A stretch of DNA of 63,672 nucleotides, counting the filler, from Nemertoderma westbladi (taxonomy: Eukaryota > Animalia > Xenacoelomorpha): assembly GCA_032718475.1 (NCBI GenBank). It is 3 parts of 3 records of this genome, joined end to end, with 100 filler letters (N's around TTAATTAATTAA, not from the genome) between each part and the next. Parts side by side here need not be neighbours in the genome. Positions count along the whole stretch, not along the records: positions 51,699 to 63,672 come from JAUCBJ010000095.1; 2 more parts are not named here. One strand, 5' to 3'. Below are positions 52,507 to 63,672 of the stretch, piece after piece. The notes under the pieces are model-generated. The model had not been told where the DNA came from. It did no database searches and saw only the letters and a list, made by a program, of their open reading frames with translations. Within the stretch, counting starts at the first letter, position 1. Each line of letters begins with the position of its first letter. The translations under genes were made by a program, and so were the position numbers.

Positions 52507-53130
52507 CTAAAGGTCTTCAAAAGCGCGAACAAAACCCTCTATTAGGGTTTGCTTAAACAGTTGTTTTTGTTCATTAGTTGCTCTCGAAAAGTTTAATTTA
52601 CCTTCACTATTCTCCCGTGAAGATATATTACAATTAATATCGCCTAAACTAAGTTTAAAATACACCGGTGAATGATTCGATAAATTGGCTCCAGAGTGAA
52701 CTACTCCCGCTTCTGTACATGAATTTAAAATGGATTGTGAAACTAAGAAATGATCAATTGTTGACGTATATAAAATATTATTAAGTGAGCACAAAAAAGT
52801 ATAATTAACATCGAAATAATCCCATAAAACATTTAGGCTATAATCTGAAACAAAAGAATTAACCAGCGAAACATGTGCTGTATGTCTTGCAAAATCAGTA
52901 TTAAGGTCACCCCCCAAAAAGAAGTGACCATGCATATTCGAGTCACTAATAATATTTCTTATATCGTTAATAATTTGCAGCAAATTATCGCTAACTAAAC
53001 TCAAATCGACTGTTTGTGTATCTACGGGAAAATAACTATTTATAATTACAAACAAACTGTTTATCTGGGAGAGATAAATTTATGGCCTGTAAACGGAAAT
53101 TATTTGTCTTCTGGCTTAGCGGCTGAATAA
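52507..53130 (-). mobile_element. LINE apurinic-type endonuclease fragment
   Basis: IINSYFP, LGGDLNTDF, YTF...STIDHFLVS and SNHSPV motifs; no RT follows. Confidence 0.8.
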
Positions 53131-53497
53131 ACTTTACTTTACTTACTTTTGGTTCCCCCAGAAAATAAAGTAAGTGAGTGAGTGTGTGAATAAGTGAGTA
53201 AAGTAAGTGAATACTATACCAGACTGCTGTAGCTACAGTACAGTATATCAATAATAATATATACAGTAGTAGATGACAGTAGTATTCCAAATTCCTTCAC
53301 TTTAAACTGCCAATCATGAGCGTTTGTTTCCGTTAATTTATGGTCCACCAAAATAATTATTCCAATGTTTAGGTTTTCTATTGACTGTCAGACTCTCAGA
53401 TTGTGTATCATGTAGGCCTATTACAGTATTACTGAACTAAATTTAAATAAGGACATGCCTAAGCCTACTCCAATGTGGCAGTAAAGACAGGAGGCAT

Positions 53498-54091
53498 ATG
53501 ATGGAGAGAACTACACCACCTTCTACCATTACAGATGAAAGTTCACCCCGGACGGCAACGGAAGATAAATCCCAACGCCTTCGTTTCCAAATAGAACTGG
53601 AATTCGTACAAACACTCGCCAACCCTCATTACCTCAACTTCCTCGCCCAGAACGGATATCTAAAACAGGAAAACTTCGTGAATTATTTGAGGTATTTGTT
53701 ATACTGGAAGGAGCCCGTGTATTCTGTTTATCTAAAGTTCCCGCAGTGTTTACACTTCTTAGAACTGCTGCAGTACGAAACATTCCGACGAGAAATAGCC
53801 AACCAGCAGTGCGTAAAGTTTATCGAGGATCAAGTTCTCTTACATTGGCAACATTACACAAAGAAACGAGTCCAACTACAGAAGTCCATGCAGCAGGCTC
53901 GAGACGTAGGTGCCACACTGGCTGCCCGAACCGACTCTACACCCCCGTCTACGGAGTCAGGCGCTCAGGAACCAACGGTTGCTAGGACACCCGTAGGTCA
54001 CGGACTAGCGGCTGGGCGTCCCAGTCCGCTCGCCGGGGACACTCAAACTGTTACTAGGCAACAGCCGCCCAACACAAAACCTTTCTATTAA
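53498..54091 (+). CDS. MED31: Mediator of RNA polymerase II transcription subunit 31 (SOH1), intronless
   Basis: RLRFQIELEFVQTLANPHYLNFLAQNGYLKQENFVNYLRYLLYWKEPVYSVYLKFPQCLHFLELLQYETFRREIAN...LHWQHYTKKR; AATAAA at ~54162. Confidence 0.97.
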   Translation: MMERTTPPSTITDESSPRTATEDKSQRLRFQIELEFVQTLANPHYLNFLAQNGYLKQENFVNYLRYLLYWKEPVYSVYLKFPQCLHFLELLQYETFRREIANQQCVKFIEDQVLLHWQHYTKKRVQLQKSMQQARDVGATLAARTDSTPPSTESGAQEPTVARTPVGHGLAAGRPSPLAGDTQTVTRQQPPNTKPFY

Positions 54092-54589
54092 CAGAACTAC
54101 CGTTAATAATTATATCGGTTTTGTTTGAAGCACAAAGTGCGTCTATATTTATCGAATTTGCAATAAATTATGTTATATTTTGTATTTTATTAATAAATTA
54201 GTTCACAAAACAAGGACACAATGTTGTTTTATTGGCAGAATCAAAATTGTCACTTAAGTGAATTAATATGTATTACTGCTAATAGTACTCAATAACGGTG
54301 ACATTCTAATGTAATATAAAGTACATTAATAATTCAACCACTTAAATAGTTTATCGAGATATTTGTAAACAAATTTGGAGTATCCTAAATGTCGTATAAA
54401 GCTTTACTTTTGATACGCAAAAAAGTATAGCCATTTCCCCAATATCTCGATATTTTTACGGAAACACTGTTTACAATAGCGCAAGTATCTCACAATTCGT
54501 TAGTCTGGTTTGATGCAAAAATAACAAATTACAACCGTTCCGATTATTTAGGTGTTCTCCCCCAGCTATATAGCTAAAACGTCAACTCT

Positions 54590-57298
54590 GGACCAAACTC
54601 CCGGTATGGCAGTTACTCGGGACCAACCTCCCGGTATGGCAGTTACTCCGGACCAACCTCCCGGTATGGCAGAGACTCGGGACCAACCTCCCGCTATGGC
54701 AGTGACTCCGGACCAACCTCCCGGTATGGCAATGACTCGGGACCAACCTCCCGGTATGGCAATGACTCGGGACCAACCTCCCGGTATGGCAGTGACTCGG
54801 GACCCACCACTGGGTATGGCAGTGAGTCCGAACCAACCTCCCGGTATGGCAATGACTCGGGACCAACCTCCCGCTATGGCAGTGACTCAGGACCCACCAC
54901 TGGGTATGGCAGTGAGTCCGGTCCAACCTCCCGGTATGACAATGACTCGGGACCAACCTCCCGGTATGGCAGAGACTCGGGACCAACCTCCCACTATGGC
55001 AGTGACTCAGGACCCACCACTGGGTATGGCAGTGAGTCCGGACCAACCTCCCGGTATGGCAATGACTCGGACCAACCTCCCGGTATGGCAGAAACTCGGG
55101 ACCAACCTCCCGCTATGGCAGTGACTCAGGACCCACCACTGGGTATGGCAGTGAGTCCGGTCCAACCTCCCGGTATGGCAATGACTCTGGACCAACCTCC
55201 CGGTATGGCAGAGACTCGGGCTCAACCTCCCGCTATGGCAGTGACTCAGGACCAACCTCCCGGTATGGCAATGAATCGGGACCAACCTCCCTGTATGGCA
55301 GAGACTCGGGACCAACCTCCCGGTATGGCAATGACTCAGGACCCACCACTGGGTATGGCAGTGAGTCCGGACCAACCTCCCGGTATGGCAATGACTCGGG
55401 ACCAACCTCCCGGTATGGCAGTGACTCTGGACCAACCTCCCGGTATGGCAATAACCCGGGACCAACCTCCCGGTATGACAATGACTCGGGACCAACCTCC
55501 CAGTATGGCAATGACTCGGGACCAACCTCCCAGTATGGCAGTGACTCGGGATCAACCTCCCTGTATGGCAATGACTCGGGACCAACCTCCCAGTATGGCA
55601 ATGACTCCGGTCCAACCTCCCGGTATGGCAGTGACTCAGGACAAATGTCCCGGATTGACAGTGACTTGGGACCAACCTCCCGGTATGGCAATGACTCGGG
55701 ACCAACCTCCCGGTATGGCAATGACTCAGGACCCACCACTGGGTATGGCAGTGAGTCCGGACCAATCTTCCGGTATGGCAATGACTCGGGACCCACACCT
55801 GGGTATGGCAGTGACTCGGGACCAACCTCCCGGTATGGCAATGACTCGGGACCAACCTCCCTGTATGACAATGACTCGGGATCAACCTCCCTGTATGGCA
55901 ATGACTCGGGACCAACCTCCCAGTATGGCAATGACTCCGGTCCAACCTCCCGGTATGGCAGTGACTCAGGACAAATGTCCCGGATTGACAGTGACTTGGG
56001 ACCAACCTCCCGGTATGGCAATGACTCGGGACCAACCTCCCAGTATGGCAATGACTCGGGACCAACCTCCCAGTATGGCAATGACTCTGGTCCAACCTCC
56101 CGGTATGGCAGTGACTCAGGACAAACCTCCCGGTATGGCAGAGACTCGGGATCAACCTCCCGGTATGGCAATGACTCGGGACCAACCTCCCAGTATGGCA
56201 GTGACTCAGGACAAACTTCCCGGTTTGACAGTGACTCAGGACCAACCTCCCGGTATGGCAGAGATTCGGGAGCAGCCTGCCGGTATGGCAGAGACTCGGG
56301 ACCAACCTCCCGGTATGACAATCACTCAGGACCAACCTCCCGGTATGGCAATCACTCCGGACCAACCACCCGGTATGGCAGTGCCTCAGGACCAATCTCC
56401 CTGTATGGCAGTGACTCCAGACCAACCTCTCGGTGTTCCAATGACTGCGGACCAACCTCCCGGTATGGCAGTGCATGCAGGACCAATCTCACGGTATGGC
56501 AGTGACTCCGGATCAACCTCCGGGTGTGGCAATGACTCGGAACCAATCTCCTGGTATTGGCAATGACTCCAGACAAACGTCCCGGAATGACAGTGACTTG
56601 GGACCAACCTCCCGGTATGGCTATGACTCCGGACCAACCTCCCGGTATGGCAATGACTCGGAACCAACCTCCCGGTATGGCAATGACTCGGAACCAACCT
56701 ACCGGTATGACAGTGACTCCGGACCAACCTCCCAGTGTGGCAGCGACTCAGGACCAACCTCCCGGTATGGCAGTGACTCGGGACCAACCTCCCGGTATGG
56801 CAGTTACACGGGAGCAACCTCCCGGTATGGCAGTGACTCCGGACCAGCCTCCCGGTATGGCAGTGACTCAGGACAAACCTCCCGGTTTGACAGTGACTCG
56901 GGACCAACCTCTCGGTATGGCAATGACTCGGGACCCACCCCTGGATATGGCAGTGACTCGGGACCAACCTCCCGGTTTGACAGTGACTCGGAACCAACCT
57001 CCCGATATGGTAGTGACTCCGGACCAACCTCCCTGTATGGCAATGACTCCGGTCCAACCTCCCTGTATGGCAGTGACTCGGGGCCAACCTCCCGGTATGG
57101 CACAGTGACGCTAGACCAACCTCCCGGTTTGACAGTGACTCGGGACCAACCTCCCGGTATGGCAGTGATTCCGGACCAAGCTCCCGGTTTGATAGTTACT
57201 CGGGACCAACCTCCCGGTATGGCAGTGACTCCGGACCAACCTCCCGGTATGGCAGTGACTCCGGACCAACCACCCAGTTTGACAGTGACTCGGGACCA
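54590..57298. repeat. 30-bp minisatellite (ggaccaacctcccggtatggcagtgactcg), ~90 units
   Basis: Direct reading; several single-base indels (~55070, 56475, 56555, 57101). Confidence 0.95.
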
Positions 57299-57688
57299 CG
57301 AGGTCCGATTTGGACCTAACGCTACATTACCCATAATGAATCGTGATGTAACATAAATGTTTACAAATTTTATTGAACTAGCACATGGCGTAACAGCAAC
57401 AGTGCAGTTTATAAAATACTGCAAGAAAGGAAATATGTAGCTTCTTATTTGTCTACACACTGTGTATAAGGTTATATGGGCGATTGTGTGACTGTACAGA
57501 ATGTAGGCCTATGTATAATACAACATGGCTGCCTGCGCATTAATCATTGACCTACAAGTACAGTTTATACAGTAGGTCTATATTATTTACATGTAATATT
57601 GTATGTGCATATATCATAACTTTCAAAGTTCATAGAGCTTCAATACTGAATAATTTTATTTAAAATAATTATTCTAACATTTTAAGAC

Positions 57689-58605
57689 GTGTCAAAGGTT
57701 CCACAAAGTCGTTCAAAGCTTCCACTAAATGGGTGAAATGTTCCATAGAAACTATTTCTTTCAGTTTACTATTACTAGTAGAGTCTGTTATGCCTTAAAA
57801 ATGGCATTATGCATACAATTTTATGAAAATTGCTATGATGAAGCGCAAAAGTGGGGTCAATATGAAAATCACTTGCTCCGTGAAAATTTCCCATATTAAG
57901 GGTCATTACCATGGCATTACCATCACCATAGATCATTTGGAAAACATAATTTTCCAAGACTCCTACAGAATTATAACCCTTACCTACCCACACTAAATCG
58001 TCATCAGATAATAATAGATTGTGGTAGATTTCAAAATCCGGTTGCCATGGCAACTACTCGGAGTACTTCATAAAAGTCATTTTACGGTATATACCAGGAC
58101 TTTTAACTACTGTATTCCCTAATACGTGTTCCACATCCGTCAAAATCATAAAACATTATAAATATATTATTGCGCAAAAACGTCCCACTCTTTCTTTCTA
58201 GTAGTAGTTTCGGTCCATTGAAATGGATTGCCCCGCCATCTTCCCTGTAACTATGGATGCAGGCAAAAATTGACCTGAATTTGCTGTTACAATGAATGTA
58301 AAATAAAACCCATTTAGAGTCAAGGAATATTGCTATGTTCAGACAATTAAGCCCAGACAACTTAGGTATGTATCTGTTGCCATGGCAACAGAAGACAATT
58401 GGTAATCTGCGGATAATGTCGAAAAATTATATTGTATAATATGTACATACAGTACTTCAACTGCGTCCATTCGTGTCAATATATCGGTTGCTGGTTAGTA
58501 CTTAAACCAGCTGCGGAACCTTTGACACAGCGTGGAACCTTTGACAGAGCGTGGAACCTTTGACCCAGCTGTGGAACCTTTGACCTTGTTGTGGAGCTTT
58601 CACCC
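57689..58605. mobile_element. Probable non-autonomous element bounded by inverted gtggaacctttgac repeats
   Basis: gtcaaaggttccac at ~57691 is the reverse complement of the ~20-bp tandem gtggaacctttgac units at 58513-58585; two internal gttgccatggcaac palindromes. Confidence 0.45.
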
Positions 58606-59326
58606 TGTAGGTGTCTCAGGTTGGCCTACACGGTTAATATGCATTCACATTCATTTGCCTAGGTGAAAAAGTTATTGTCGCTGGTAGCATTATCAGCAGT
58701 AACCTACAGCTGGCTGCTATCTTCACATAAAGAGCCCCCCATCCCCACTACATGCCAGACCTGCCCCACATCAGAAAAAGTACCTGGTATATAAATTTGG
58801 AAGATTTGGTGTGGTATTTCTGAATTCTCCTAGATTATGTAGGATTTACAGCCAATAATTGTTGGCGTCCTGAATGCTGAGTGCATCGACATTGTCTGTA
58901 GATCCCAAGCAGCCAAATGGGTACTGTTTTTACACAATTGGCTGAACTTTCCTTTCTAGAACTCGGTTTTGAGCTACTAAATTTATTGTTGATGTACAGT
59001 ACGTGTCATACTACATCCTCTATGTCAAATCATTTTAGACATTAGAATTCCGCTTTATTTTGCGTTCAGTAGTTCTCTGTATTTGTTCTTTATACTGAAT
59101 ATTTAATTATCCCTAATCATTTTGAGTACTAAAGCAAATATTATCATGCGAAGAGCGAAGAAAACATAAACTGTTAATATTATTACTGCCCAAAAAATAT
59201 ACTCCTATATATATCTTAGTTGTTTTGATTATTGGTATATATTTATTTGATTAATTGTACAGTAGTCCAGTAGAGACTGTGTGAACTACAAATATATTAT
59301 GTCAATTAATTAATGATAAAATAAAT

Positions 59327-60715
59327 ATGCAAAGTAGCATGTCATTTACAGTGGATGATGCAATTGAACATTTCTGTTTTGGGAAATTTCAAGTGAAACT
59401 ATCATTAGTAGTGGGCCTCATTTGGGCAGCCGGTGCTATTCCGATAATCTTGATGAGTTTTCTCGTCCCCGAATTGACGTGTGAATGGCGTCTACATGTT
59501 TGGACAGCAGCTCTCTTTGCGATTGTGGTGTTTTCCGGAATGTCTTTGGCGGCCCCGTTCTGGGGATATGTCTGCGATATCCGTGGTCGAAGAATCCAAT
59601 TACTTATTTCTTCACTTTTCTGTTTTGTTTTTAGCCTTTTAAGCGTCTTTTCTCCAAACATCTATTGGTTTTTGGTACTGAGATTTTTTGCTGCTTGCTT
59701 CGGCGGAGGCCTTCTCCAATCAGTGACTTATTATTCAGAGTTTCTTCCGATTAGATCACGTGGACGTTGCATTATATTTTTGACAGTATTTTTCACCATT
59801 GGAGCCAGTTTCACTGTGATTCTCGCTATTGTACTCGATCGGATAGGTGGATGGCGTGTTTTAGTTGCGCTTTGCAGTTTTCCTTTACTCTTGATCAACT
59901 GTTTTTGCTGTTGGCTCCCAGAAACGCCACGGTTTCTTCTTGTGTCGGGCAGGGCAGGTGAAGCTTTACAAGTTCTTTCAAGAATTGCTACTGAAAACAA
60001 AAAGGAAATGTTAGTTGGGCGACTTGTACCAGCCCCCAAAGTTCGACGTGGGAAAGTAAAAAATCTGTTTACCAAAGAATTATATCTAACAACTACATTG
60101 ACACTCTATATTTGGTGGGCACTATTCTTTAGTTACTACGGAATACTGTTGCTTTGCACTCAAATATTATTCCTTGAAGGATCAGCTCAAAGTTTTGGGA
60201 TGATAAATAACGGACCCAAGGATTCGTCAATCTGTTTTCAAAACAGTCATATTTTGGACACGTCTGACTATTTGGACATCCTTTGGACAACAACAGCGGA
60301 ATTCGTAGGAGTTTTGATGATGACTTTGTTGTTGGACCGAATTGGTCGTAAGAAAACTCTAGCTCTATTTGTTCTCATATTTTCAGTGTTCTCCGGTTTA
60401 TTAGCTGTCCGTTATTCCCGCTATTTGACGATATTCTTTATGTATGGAGCCCGAATGGCCATCTCGGCTGCCCAACAAGGTATGTACATCTACACAGTGG
60501 AGGTTTATCCTACCGTTGTAAGGGGAGTCGCATTGGGATTGGGAACTGCTATTGGTAAAGTCGGCGCGATTATGTCAGCAACTGTCGCCCAGGTTTTGGT
60601 AACTTATCATTACTATTTGGCGATCGGGATATTCGCTGGTTTGTCGTTGTTGGTTTGTATAGCGATCCTAAAATTACCTGTTGAAACTCGTAATAAAAAA
60701 CTGGCAGAAACTTAG
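59327..60715 (+). CDS. SVOP: SVOP-like (synaptic vesicle 2-related) MFS transporter, intronless, 462 aa
   Basis: FTVDDAIEHFCFGKFQVKLS, L-x-CEW, WGYVCDIRGRR, YSEFLP, WLPETPRF, DYLDILWTTTAEF, DRIGRKK, YTVEVYPTVVRG and LPVET; about 12 hydrophobic segments. Could be a divergent paralog. Confidence 0.85.
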   Translation: MQSSMSFTVDDAIEHFCFGKFQVKLSLVVGLIWAAGAIPIILMSFLVPELTCEWRLHVWTAALFAIVVFSGMSLAAPFWGYVCDIRGRRIQLLISSLFCFVFSLLSVFSPNIYWFLVLRFFAACFGGGLLQSVTYYSEFLPIRSRGRCIIFLTVFFTIGASFTVILAIVLDRIGGWRVLVALCSFPLLLINCFCCWLPETPRFLLVSGRAGEALQVLSRIATENKKEMLVGRLVPAPKVRRGKVKNLFTKELYLTTTLTLYIWWALFFSYYGILLLCTQILFLEGSAQSFGMINNGPKDSSICFQNSHILDTSDYLDILWTTTAEFVGVLMMTLLLDRIGRKKTLALFVLIFSVFSGLLAVRYSRYLTIFFMYGARMAISAAQQGMYIYTVEVYPTVVRGVALGLGTAIGKVGAIMSATVAQVLVTYHYYLAIGIFAGLSLLVCIAILKLPVETRNKKLAET

Positions 60716-61539
60716 AATGTTGTTTTTTGATCAAAAGTAAAGTAAAGTTACAATTTACCGTCGTTACAATTTATTTAATTATATTATCCGTATTTTATAT
60801 TGCAAATTTTATTAGTATGTGAACCGAACTATAAAATGATAACGGGTTTTTATACTGTAGTAGTCACAGTATTGAACTATTGTGGGGCGAGCCACGCAGT
60901 CAGGGCGAGCCTTAGCGCACAATTATAATTAGTAAATAGGGCAAAATGTCATGCCCGTCTGTCTGTCTGTCTGTCTGTCTGTCTTTATTGAAAAATTCAA
61001 TCGTAAATAACTTTTTAGGATTTTAATCATTTTCAACCACATTTTGTATGGGCATAGTTGAGAAAAAGTTCCAATGTGTGTGAAAATTACGGGCAAATAC
61101 CTCTCTAACTTTTGACTCCAGATCAAATCGAACTTGTAGCGAACGTGCGCGTTCGCGTGCTGCCCCACCAACGTGTAATAGTACTAGTAATAAAACTATA
61201 TTTCAGCAACATTTCTGACCAGCTATGACTATTAATGTGTTTGTTTATATCATAATTAATCATAATGGGGTGGGGAAGGTGATCTTTTCCAGGTGAATCA
61301 AAATTAATGTCTATTTCCAAATATTTCGGCCTACATGCATTTATCAATGGGTATGAGTATTGGTTTAAACGCGCAAAAATAACAAGTAGGCCATGCCTAA
61401 ACAACGCACTGACAATAATAATAATATTAATAATAATGGTCGCTTATTCCGTCCGGGGCATTGAGCCCCCAGCCAATATAGAAACGGTCGTAAATGAGGT
61501 TAAAGTCAAACTGCGCAACACCTTTATGTACCGGTAGAT

Positions 61540-62530
61540 ACCGAGCAACACTGGAGCAACACCGATCAACATTGAGCAACACCGATCAACAATGAGCAAC
61601 ACCGATCAACAATGAGCAACACCGATCAACAATGAGCAACACCGATCAACAATGAGCAACACCGATCAACAATGAGCAACACCGATCAACAATGAGCAAC
61701 ACCGATCAACAATGAGCAACACCGATCAACAATGAGCAACACCGATCAACAATGAGCAACACTGATCAACAATGAGCAACACCGATCGACAGTGAGAAAC
61801 AATGAGCAACACCGATCAACAATGAGCAACACCGATCAACATTGAGCAACACCGAGCAACAATGAGCAACACCGATCAACAATGAGCAACAATGAGCAAC
61901 ACCGATGAACAATGAGCAATCACTGATCAACAATGAGCAACACCGATCAACAATGAGGCAACACCGATCAACAATGAGCAACACCGAGTCAACAATGTGC
62001 AACACACGATCAACAATGAGCAACACCGATCAACAACGAGCAACAATGAGCAACAACGACCAACAATGAGCAACAACGGGCAACATCGACCAACAATGCA
62101 GCAACAACGACAAACAATGAGAAACAACGAGCAACAATGAGCAACAGCGAGCAACAACGAGCAACAACGACAAACAATGTGCAACAACGAGCAACAACGA
62201 TCCAGCAATGAGCAACAACGAGTAACAATGGGTAACAAAGAGCAATAATAAAGCACAACAACGAGCAACCACGAGCAGAATAATATAACAACGAGCAACA
62301 GTGAGCAACAACGATCAACAATGCGCAACAACGAGCAACAATGAGCAACAACGTGCACCAATGTGCAACAAGGAGCAACAAGCGATATATAATACAACGA
62401 GCAACAACGACCAACGATGAGCAACAACGAAGCACCAAGGAGCAACAACGAAAAACAGCGATCTACAATGAGCAACAACGAGCAACAATGAGCAACAACG
62501 GTCAACAATAAGCAACAATGGTCAACAACC
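61540..62530. repeat. 20-bp (caacaatgagcaacaccgat) minisatellite grading into degenerate 10-bp CAA-rich units
   Basis: Homogeneous 61557-61780, increasingly degenerate to 62530. Confidence 0.93.
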
Positions 62531-63672
62531 AGTGTAAAGGATTTATCGTGCACGATAAGCTCCTAAACGGCTTTTAAATTTATCTCAAAATATTGCTAAG
62601 AATAAATAAAGTGCTAAATAAAGAACAAAATAAGTGCCATCTAATAACCATAAGAACCATATATGATCATATGTATAACACTTCGTTTACTGTTTTGGTT
62701 TCTCGGTATGATGACTGACGCAGTAGCTCGCATAAAACACGGTCTTACAACGACTTGTACTTTACGGACTTCTACAACCTTTCTCAGATACTGTAGTACA
62801 AAAACGTAGTGATTTCTACTTTCAGATGTTATTAATATCTTCCTTCGGAGAAAAATAATGTACTGTACGTAACACCATTGGAAAACCTCTGGGAAGAGGG
62901 AAAAAGAGAAACCGGGTGAGGGGTGCTTTGGGTCCGTTTGGAACCAAAGTATAACCTCGAAACAGAAAAGTCAATTTTAATCAGTCTGAGTCGTAAAATA
63001 CTTGGTGCGGCTTAACGCTATTGGAAAACTAAAAAAGCTAAGGTTTGACCCCATAAGGTCGCTAAGGTCGCCCCAATGAGCCAGCGGGCAGAGTGCGCAA
63101 GCACAACCGTAAAGCACATTGTACTGAGTACTTGTACTGAGTACTGACGCACATTGACCACAAGTGAAAATTGTGATTTCAGCACGAATTGACCGGAACC
63201 GAAATAAAGTCTCGTTTATTGTTTTGGTTAGAAAACACTGCCACTGTAACCTGCTTCTTTCCCTTAATATTTTAAATTCAATTAATTAATTTTTCAAACC
63301 CACTAAACACACATTTGGAGTTTGTGGTCATTTTGCGCCATTGACTTTGACTATTGTATTAACGTCGTATGAATATTGGTTTCCGTACAATAATTCTTGC
63401 AATCTTTAAACGCCTATTTCTCAGCTGTTTCTCAATAAAATTCAGATATTGCTACATATTTGGAATCCTTTCAACGCAAGCTTTCTATTGATGTGAAAAA
63501 ATTACGACTAAAGTGAAGAATGGCAATGATACAGAGTGTGCGATTTCGCAAAATACACTTTTTTAAAACGCTTATAAAAAAAATGTAAAGGCAAAATCGA
63601 AAATTCCGGCTTCATGGTAACAACCACGGTGAGATGAACTAGTTGTGTTTTCAAATTTTCAAGCAATATGAT

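Noticed and set aside
61766-62553. Cys/Leu-rich minus-strand ORFs
   Set aside because: Translations of the CAA-rich simple repeat.

Overview
AT-rich, repeat-dense animal (invertebrate-like) genomic DNA in three pieces joined by N-spacers that contain a TTAATTAATTAA all-frame-stop linker (27685-27784, 51599-51698), so adjacency across the gaps is not assured. Host genes: a FAM47-family gene on the minus strand (5 exons found, 23219-10471, 3' part not found), an anion-type Cys-loop ligand-gated channel (6002-7576) with one unusual hairpin intron, an intronless MED31 and an intronless SVOP-like MFS transporter. The rest is RTE-like and other LINE fragments, MITE/foldback elements, a Nin-domain SINE and seven minisatellite arrays. 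The standout is a young, complete 5,979-bp IS3EU-like DNA transposon (39728-45706; TAC...GTA ends, 6-bp TSD GATAGC) inserted in a LINE reverse transcriptase. Its ~400-bp TIRs are built from a 22-bp palindromic tandem repeat, and it carries an intact DDE integrase-type transposase facing a spliced, apparently catalytically intact HECT E3 ubiquitin ligase gene. All identifications come from reading the sequence and recalled motifs; no searches were run.
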